Source: Plasmodiophora brassicae
Taxonomy: Eukaryota
Assembly: GCA_036867785.1 (NCBI GenBank)
Contig: CP145419.1
Location: forward strand, 868,001 to 932,000
Length of the DNA stretch: 64,000 bases
Direction of reading: 5' to 3'
Positions 55,625 through 64,000 of this stretch are shown one piece after another. Position 1 is the stretch's first letter. Each line of letters starts with the position of its first letter. Position numbers and translations under genes: made by a program. The notes under the pieces were generated by a model. That model did not search any database. It was not told where the DNA came from and saw nothing but the letters and a program-made list of their open reading frames with translations.

Positions 55625-56605
55625 ATGACAGAGCCATGCACTCCACGCACTTTCCATCGCATCATTGCAACAATCCGAAATTGGCAGCTTCCGAGCCGAC
55701 GCATGGACCGACAGCACTCGTTCGAATTCCGATACCTGGCGCAACGACTCACGATGCGGTACCGTCCCAGGAGGTTCCGATCTCTCTTCGGCGTGAGTCT
55801 GGACACGTGCGTGGTTCTATGGAAGCGAATTTCTCTGGTGGACCTAGACGCGTCCATGTCCATTCAAAAGAGACACCTGTTATGGGCGTTACACTTCTTG
55901 AAGGTGTACCCTCCCGAAATTCCCGGTTCCGCTTCGTGGGGAGTTGATCCTGTAACGTGGAATAACTGCATCCGCCGAGCCCTCCGTCTTCTTCAGCATT
56001 CACTTCCGAAGGTACTCCTGCTCGACTGTGCGTTTCTGCATTGATTCATTGACTTCTTCCAGGATCCATGGCGATCATGCTTCAGAGGAGCTTTTGATGG
56101 CTCGCTTACCGGCGTTGTCGATGTAACCCGCATTAAAATCGAAATGCCGAGTCGTGTCCCATGGCAATACTTCTCGAGAAAAGACGGGTTCCATGCGGTG
56201 CAATTCGAGGTCGTTGTATCGATCAGGAAGCCTCAGAAGATTTTATGGGTCATTGGCCCATGGAAAGGTGCGGTCTCCGACATTACTATCGCCCGCGAGA
56301 AGCTCATCCCTTCAATGCGCGGCTCCGAATTAATATTGGGGGACAAAGGGTATGTGGGCGAGTCTGACAAGATCATGACGCCAAAAGTCGGCAGAGAAAG
56401 AGACCTTAGCGATGAGGACAGGATCTTCAATGCGCGTCATTTCCGCGTTCGCCAGTTGGTCGAACGCGTATTTCCACGTATTAAAGGCTGGAAGTCCATG
56501 AGCAGCACATGGCGACATGATTTGGAACTTGTTGGAAATGCGTTCCACGTTATATGTGCCATAACCAATTACCAGTTTGGTCACGGTGAGCCACTTACTC
56601 GATAA
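55625..56605 (+). CDS. DDE transposase (DDE_Tnp_4 / IS5-PHIS type), ~310 aa
   Basis: Intron 56012-56062 joins the two ORFs in frame. Motifs FRSLFGVS, HLLWALHFLKVY, VVDVT, GPW.G..SD, LGDKGYVG, R.LVERVF.RIK.W. Confidence 0.9.
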
Positions 56606-56956
56606 ATATCGCTAATCGACTCAACTTCGTGCAATGTACATCGAAATGTACGCTCTCAAGCAGCCCCATTCGTCACCGCAGATTTGACTCTGGTCAGGGC
56701 GTTCTGACTATCGAGACTCTGTTGCGCTGGAGGTCCACGCATCTGTGTCGGCCGCTGAGCTAGGTGAATGATACTTTTCGGGTGTATATGGACCGGGCTC
56801 CACCCATCTGGGTCGCGCGCCCCATCGCCGATTTCTTTGTCAGTTCATGTATCTCCATCTCGGCTAGTTCATGATGGTGGCTGTGGCAAGGGTGTCCGTA
56901 AATGGATTTTCCACTGATTTTTCCCATGGGGCGGGCACGAGTTCGGAGAAAGGCAG

Positions 56957-57154
56957 TGTAGAGCGGGGCTCTATATTTAGCGTCTCGTGCCCGACCTCAA
57001 GAAGCTGCTGTCCTGAGGAGAAGGGGGTCCTGCTGTCCTGAGGAAAATGGGGCCTGCACGGATTTAACTCCACTATGATGGCATGGCCGACGCCGTGGAT
57101 GGGATGGAGGATAAAGCTCATTCCCATTGGGATATTGGCTCGAGATTGACTACA
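56957..57154 (+). mobile_element. Gypsy-2 3' LTR, preceded by a PPT and followed by TSD CGGC
   Basis: TGTAG...CTACA termini. Purine tract GGAGAAAGGCAG at 56945-56956. CGGC at 57155-57158. Confidence 0.88.
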
Positions 57155-57357
57155 CGGCTGAAGTCAGAGGGACGTCTTCCACAGTCGATTTCTTGCGATC
57201 ACGAAACCATACAGCGGGCAAAAGCTCTTCTTGATTCTTACGACCGTAGTTCGTTCTAATACAGTTCGTAGTCATGCTAGAATACGGCACTTGGCATCTG
57301 GGACAATCATTTGATGAAGCTATTTTTAGCAAATGTCATTCTGAAACGGAGGAATTA
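57155..57357 (+). mobile_element. Mariner transposase C-terminus and degenerate 3' TIR
   Basis: LKSEGRLPQSISCDHETIQRAKALL...stop. GAAACGGAGGAAT|TA resembles the ...ACGGAGGGAG|TA terminus of plant-type mariners. Confidence 0.75.
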
Positions 57358-57618
57358 TTTCGGAAAAGGGCATTTTTACCGAAAAACGCCATTTTTCCCT
57401 CTGGCAGTTAGCGCCCGAAACGGCATTCTCCGCCGAAAATTGCGATTTTTGGTGGCAGCCAAACGCGCCCTTTTCAGTCCGAACACTATTTGGAGAGGTT
57501 GTAGGCTGCCTGCTCAGGACAGACCGGGTTATGACGCGAAAGTGCGTGTCATGCATATGCATTCAGCACAAGTTCTGTATAGAGCAACTTGAACAGACCT
57601 CAGTGCATTTCACACATG

Positions 57619-59022
57619 TCACGGCAGTCTTCCCCTGGACCAGGACCGGGACCTGGACGCCCGTTGCCTGCGACGCGTCGAGTGGGGCCGGAGTTTGGAC
57701 CGCAGATCGTCGAAGAAATCATCGAGCAACCGGTCCTCGTGAGATGCATTGCGCGGCGTTAAATACGACCGCCGGGCGAGGGCGGCAGCTGCCAGCGCAT
57801 TCAGCGGCGTATACGGGGGCATCCCTCGGCAGGCCTCGACGACCTCAGACGGCAGGACAACAAACGTGGACGACAAAACAGCATTGGGCGGCAGATCAGG
57901 CAGGTCCGACGTGAAGTCGGGCGGTAGCAAACGCGACCTGGTGGACACGGTCGGTGGCGAAGGTGAAGGCGAGTGACGTCGTTTGTCTGATGGCGGACTC
58001 GGACTATGACGACGAGAATGCTGCTGGCGGTCGCGGGGCCGATGAGGGGACGGACTTCGCGATCCCGGTGATGGTCGGCGATGGTGCGACCGTACGGGCG
58101 GTCGCATGACGGGCCCGGGATCGGACATGTCGGCATCGTCCTGGCATGCGGGACGCTCGATATCGTGAACGATACGTTGACACATCGCAACGGGCAGCAA
58201 TTTGCGTTGGGCCCACACGTTAACAATACCGGTGACATGCGCCCTATTTGATGAGGACTCCTGCTGGACCACCTGCCCGATCATCGCAGGTAATCGAGTA
58301 TGACAATGGGCCAGCAGCGGGTGCGCCAGGATCGGTTTGCCCGACTGCTGCGCATCATGGGCGACCCGATGGAGAATCTCGTTGACCAGATACAGAACGG
58401 CGAGACGCGCAGGAAAATCATCGTCCCGCGTGGACGCTAGACGATCCTGCAGGCCCTGCCAGGCCGTTGCCCACGACGAGGATGCCACCGACGACGAGTG
58501 CCACAGCCAGTCAGCAGCGGCCTTGATGGCCGATTTCCGCATGTCCAGACGATCTAGCATGGCCTGCCAATCGTTGGAGCGGAACCCTTCCTCGCATTCG
58601 TGCGCGGCGCCGGCGTCAGAGTCGGCCGTGCGCGTCGGCTGTCGAGGCACGGCGCACAGCTGGCCGTCCGGGTCGCGGCCGGCGCTGTACTGCTGCACCA
58701 GGTGACGATAGTAGAGGTTGTCCGGGGACCCGGCCTCGAACAGGAACCGGAATTCCGGATTGGATCGCTGCTCGCGCATGATCATCGATTCGAACTGGGG
58801 ACCTGCGGGCGGTGTCGATCATATCAGTCGTCTGGGCATCCCGCGCGTACGGCCGCATGCATGCACGGCGCACCCCATACCGTTCCGCGCAGCGTACGGC
58901 GCCAAACGTTCGATGGCGGCGCGCACCTGATGGGAGGCGGGTGGCGCCGGGACGTGGGCGCCAGCGGCCCCAGGCGCCTGAGGCTGGCCAGCAACGTTGG
59001 CCATCTCGGCGGCACGCGACAT
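57619..59022 (-). CDS. SURP (SWAP) + CID domain protein with Arg/Ser-rich tail (CHERP-like splicing factor)
   Basis: Intron 58803-58880 gives IERLAPYAARNGPQFE...NPEFRFLF....YY (SURP). SAIKAAADW...RLAVLYLVNEILH...IVNVW is CID-like. RS dipeptides at the C-terminus. Confidence 0.85.
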
Positions 59023-59350
59023 CGCCACGGACTTGACGGGACGCCGCAGCCGCAGAACCTGACCCAGACAACACGTACGGTGGCGACCCGCCGCCACTTC
59101 GACACGATATCGGTACGCGGTCTTTGCTGTCGATGTACGCCCGGCACCTGATGCAGTCCAGGGCATGCGCCTATCTGCCCAGGGTAGGTGCCTACGTACG
59201 CAGGGCGGGCAGTAGTGACTCACGGGCCGAGAGATAGAAAGGTACACCGGTCCGACTCCGGGGCGGGTAGGTAGACCGTAATAGCGAAATCGCGCGCGGA
59301 CTGCGCCGTCCGTCCGTCATCGATCCACCGCTGCGGACCAGCAGCGCAGC

Positions 59351-60844
<1,494 letters not shown>

Positions 60845-61079
60845 TCGTCCGCCGGCCGGTGACCATCGTCACCTCCATCGTCATACACAGGCGCGCCCGT
60901 CGTCGTCCGTCGTTGTAATCCTGCCTCGCCCAGAGGGTCGCCCAGTTGAGTCACGGGCGCCCACCCTCCCGCCATATCTCTCTCGCGTGTCGTTTGCCGA
61001 ACATCGTGCACCGTTGCACGCGCCTGTTTGTACCGACCCGCACACTGTAGCTGGCAGATAGGGCACCTACCTAGTAAGT

Positions 61080-63172
61080 ATGGCCACAGCAGCGGCGTCG
61101 ACCGGCGCCGGCCCCCCAGCCCCATCATCACCGTCCGTGGCGCCGTCGGCCACGTCGCAGTCGGTGACGAACGACGACGACGTCCCCGTCCTGTTCCATG
61201 CCGTCTGGATCAACTACGCCGTCCTGTTGGCCTCCGTCGTCGCCTTCTGGCTGGCCCTGCGCAGCCGGCGCCTGCAGCCGGTCCTGCAGCCGCGCCTGCA
61301 TCGGGACGCGCGTTGCCACCGTCGTCGTAGCAGCGTCCTGCTGCCCGACATGGGCGACGTCCCCGACCTGGTCGCCGCCGTCGGCATCGACGGCTTCATG
61401 TTCCTGCGCACGATGCGCACCATGGCGATCGTGTTCGCCGCGCTGACCCTGCCCTGCATCGGCCTGTGCGCCGTCAACGTCGTCACGGGCGGTGATAGCG
61501 ACGACGACGCGATCGATGCGATGGCGCAGGGCGGCGCCGGCCTGACGCTGTCGCAGCTAACGATGACAAACGTGTCGTCCGGGTCGGCGTACCTCTGGGT
61601 GCACGCCAGCATCGCCGCCCTGGCCGCCGCCCTGCTGGCCGTCCTGTGGGCCCGGGACTGCCGCCTGTTCGTGCGCCTCCGACGACGCCGGCACCACCTG
61701 GACAGGTGGCGCACCGTCGCCCTCTTGGTCCGGCGCCTGCCCCCGCACCTGCAGACCGACGCCCGCCTCGCCCGGTACATCCAGGGTCACCTGCCGCCAC
61801 CCAGCGTCGCCGGCAGCGTCGTCGACGCCCATGTCGTCGTGCGCGAGGACGGCACGGCGGCGGACGTCGGCTTTGTCGTCCTGGCGACGCGGTCGGCCGC
61901 GACGGCGCTGCTGGCGCGGGCCGCCGACCCGTCCGGGCCGACGATGGAGGTGGCCCCGGAGCCGAACGACATCATCTGGGCGAACCTGTTCGTCGGGCGG
62001 CGCGAGCGTCGCGTGCGCCGGGCGCTGATCTGGGCGGCCGTCCTCGTCGTGATCGCGACGTTCTCCGTGCCGGTCACCGTGATCACCGACCTGATGTCGC
62101 TGCCATCCATCGAGCGGCACGCGCCCTGGCTGGCCGCCCTGATCGCCTCGCAGCCCGTCCTGCAGTCGCTCTTCCTGTCGGTCGTGCCGACGCTCGCCTT
62201 CACCATCCTGATCGTCCTGACGCCCGTCGTCCTGCGCGTCGTCTGCCGGCGCATCGAGCGCCTGCCGACGCACTCGGCGGTCGACGTCAGCGTCTTCTCC
62301 AAGTTCGTCCTCGTCCTCGTCGTCGACATGTTCCTGTTCAGCGTGGTCGCCGGCGGCGCCCTGCCGGCGGCGCTGGCGCACCCGTCGACGATCGCGACGA
62401 CGATCGCCAGGGCGTTCCCGACGCAGTCGTCGTCGTTCACGCTGTACGTCCTCTCGTTCTCCTGCCTGTCCCTGCCCGTCTTCGAGCTGCTCCTGTTCCC
62501 GTTCAGCCTGGTGCGATGGGCGGCGTCCCGCAAGGCCCGGCACGGATCGGACGAGCACCTGGGCGCCATCGCCGCCGGCCGCTTCGATTACGGTAAGGCG
62601 CGTGCGCGTGCAGGGCGGACACGGGGGGTGGCACTGACGGCGCGTCGCCTGCGTGTGTGCAATCAGGCCTGTACTACCCGTACCAGATCCTGATTGGCCT
62701 GATCGGCCTGACGTACGTGACCGTGGCGCCCCTGGTCATCCCCTTCGTCTTCCTGTACTTTGCCATTGCCGGCGTCGTCTTCCGCCACCAGCTCTGCAAC
62801 GTCTACGACCTGCAGTACGACGCCGGCGCCGTCTTCTTCCCCATGGCCATGCGTCGCGTCCTGCTGTCGGGCGTCCTCGCCCTGTGCATCACCATGGCGG
62901 TCCTGTGCGCCCGGGGCGGCCTGGGCCCCGCCTGCGCCCTGCTTCCCTGCGTCGTGGCCCTGGCGGCGACCGCCCTGCACCTGTCGCGCCAGTGCCGGGC
63001 GGCCATGCGCCTGGACCACGTGCCCGATGCGGACCCGATCGGCGACGACGACGACGGCGGCTGCGGCGCTCGCCCGGTGGCGGCGCTCTATAGGGCACCC
63101 TGGGAGGACGACAACGACGAGGTCAGCGTCGACGACGACGACGACGACCGCGGGGTCATGCAGGCCGCCTGA
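61080..63172 (+). CDS. OSCA/TMEM63/CSC1 (DUF221) family calcium-permeable channel
   Basis: GIDGFMFLR, LTMTNV...LWVH, APEPNDIIWANL, many TM segments, YVTVAPLVIPF...FRHQL..VY. Intron at 62593-62666. Confidence 0.92.
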
Positions 63173-63199
63173 CCGAACTATATATTGTTTATGTGTGCA

Positions 63200-64000
63200 C
63201 GTGTTCGCGTGTGTGTGTGCGTGTGTGCGCGTGCTTTGGGCGGCTGGTGTGCGGGCACCGGCGGTCAGGCGGCGTCGTCGTTGCCCATGATCTGTACGGC
63301 GGCGAGCGGCGGCCCCCGACGATCCTGCTGGCGCCACGCCTGCTTGCGGTCGGCGATCGATGCCGGGCACCTGTGGCACGAACGCACGCTCATCGTCAGC
63401 CGCTGCACACGTGTAGGTCCTCATGTGCAGGCGCGAGCGCGGCACATCAACGCAGACCTGTTCGCATAGACGACCGCCTGCAGGTGGGCGACGCCCGCGC
63501 CGCCCCGCATCGACACGCTGACAGGGCACCCGTCCGCCTGCTGCGGGTCGTCGCTGAGGACGGCGCTCAGGTCGATCTGGCCGTGGTACGACGCCCGCCC
63601 GGCACCCGCAATCGCCTGTCGACGCACGACATGAGCACGACGGCGGCGCCCGCTAGCTAGGGCGACCGACCGGGCGCAGGCGGACGGGTAGGGGGCGCGT
63701 GCGACCCACGCCCCGCCTGTCCTGCCACAGGCCACGCTCCAGCGCAACGGCCAGGCGGATCTGGGCCGCTCCACCTGTGCGGCCAACGACCATTACCGTC
63801 GGGCTGAGGGGGCGCTCGCGTCGCCCGAGCACTACTGACCGGCGTCAGCCAGGGCGACTGACGACGAGCACCACCTCCAGGGGCGCTGCCAAACGTCCAC
63901 GACGACGCCGTCGCCGGCGAACGACGCCGGCAGGCCGTGCACGCCGTCAATGACGACCAGGAGCCAGCGGCGACGGACCGGGGGACGGCAGGACCACCAC
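63200..64000 (-). CDS. Probable partial gene, product unknown
   Basis: GC3-rich minus-strand stretches (ASYHGQIDLSAVLSDD...HLQAVVYAN) bounded by splice-like sites. Gene structure unresolved. Confidence 0.3.

Larger units (their letters stand above)
52571..56667 (+). mobile_element. PHIS-superfamily (Pangu/Harbinger-like) DNA transposon with transposase and accessory ORFs
   Basis: TIRs GTGGCTGCTTGAAA / CTCAAGCAGCCCC, flanks ACT/ATT. Contains a DDE_Tnp_4-like transposase and a Myb/HTH-like ORF. Confidence 0.8.

Noticed and set aside
57361-57400. Imperfect hairpin at the right edge of the TE island
   Set aside because: Short and mismatched; cannot be assigned to an element or a terminator.

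Overview
Eukaryotic, intron-containing, GC-rich genomic DNA. The compact genes with short GT-AG introns resemble a protist such as the plasmodiophorid Plasmodiophora brassicae, but the organism cannot be verified from the window. Two gene-dense flanks enclose a ~44-kb island of nested transposable elements (~13100-57400). The left flank (1-12.8 kb) holds a PH-CLU-TPR protein, a CUE protein, an AWS-SET-postSET methyltransferase, a membrane PX protein, a small PB1-like protein and an Aurora-like kinase with a large acidic insert. The right flank (57.6-64 kb) holds a SURP-CID protein, MetAP2 and an OSCA/TMEM63 channel. The island contains two essentially identical full-length Ty1/Copia elements inside a 9.3-kb inverted duplication, two chromodomain Ty3/Gypsy families, solo LTRs, a SINE-like insert, and piggyBac-like, PHIS (Pangu/Harbinger-like), hAT, mariner, Helitron and LINE remnants. 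Main observations: (1) every Copia subfamily with a 5' LTR-PBS junction has a PBS complementary to the anticodon arm of tRNA-Asn, implying half-tRNA-Asn priming; (2) TSDs and a split mariner ORF show that the 7-kb spacer between the 9.3-kb inverted repeats is flipped relative to its ancestral state (invertible segment or assembly ambiguity); (3) one Gypsy has a Tf1-like self-priming signature and a -1 frameshift signal; (4) a piggyBac-like element has an ATAT TSD and palindromic subterminal sites. All family assignments come from motif recognition by eye, not from database searches.
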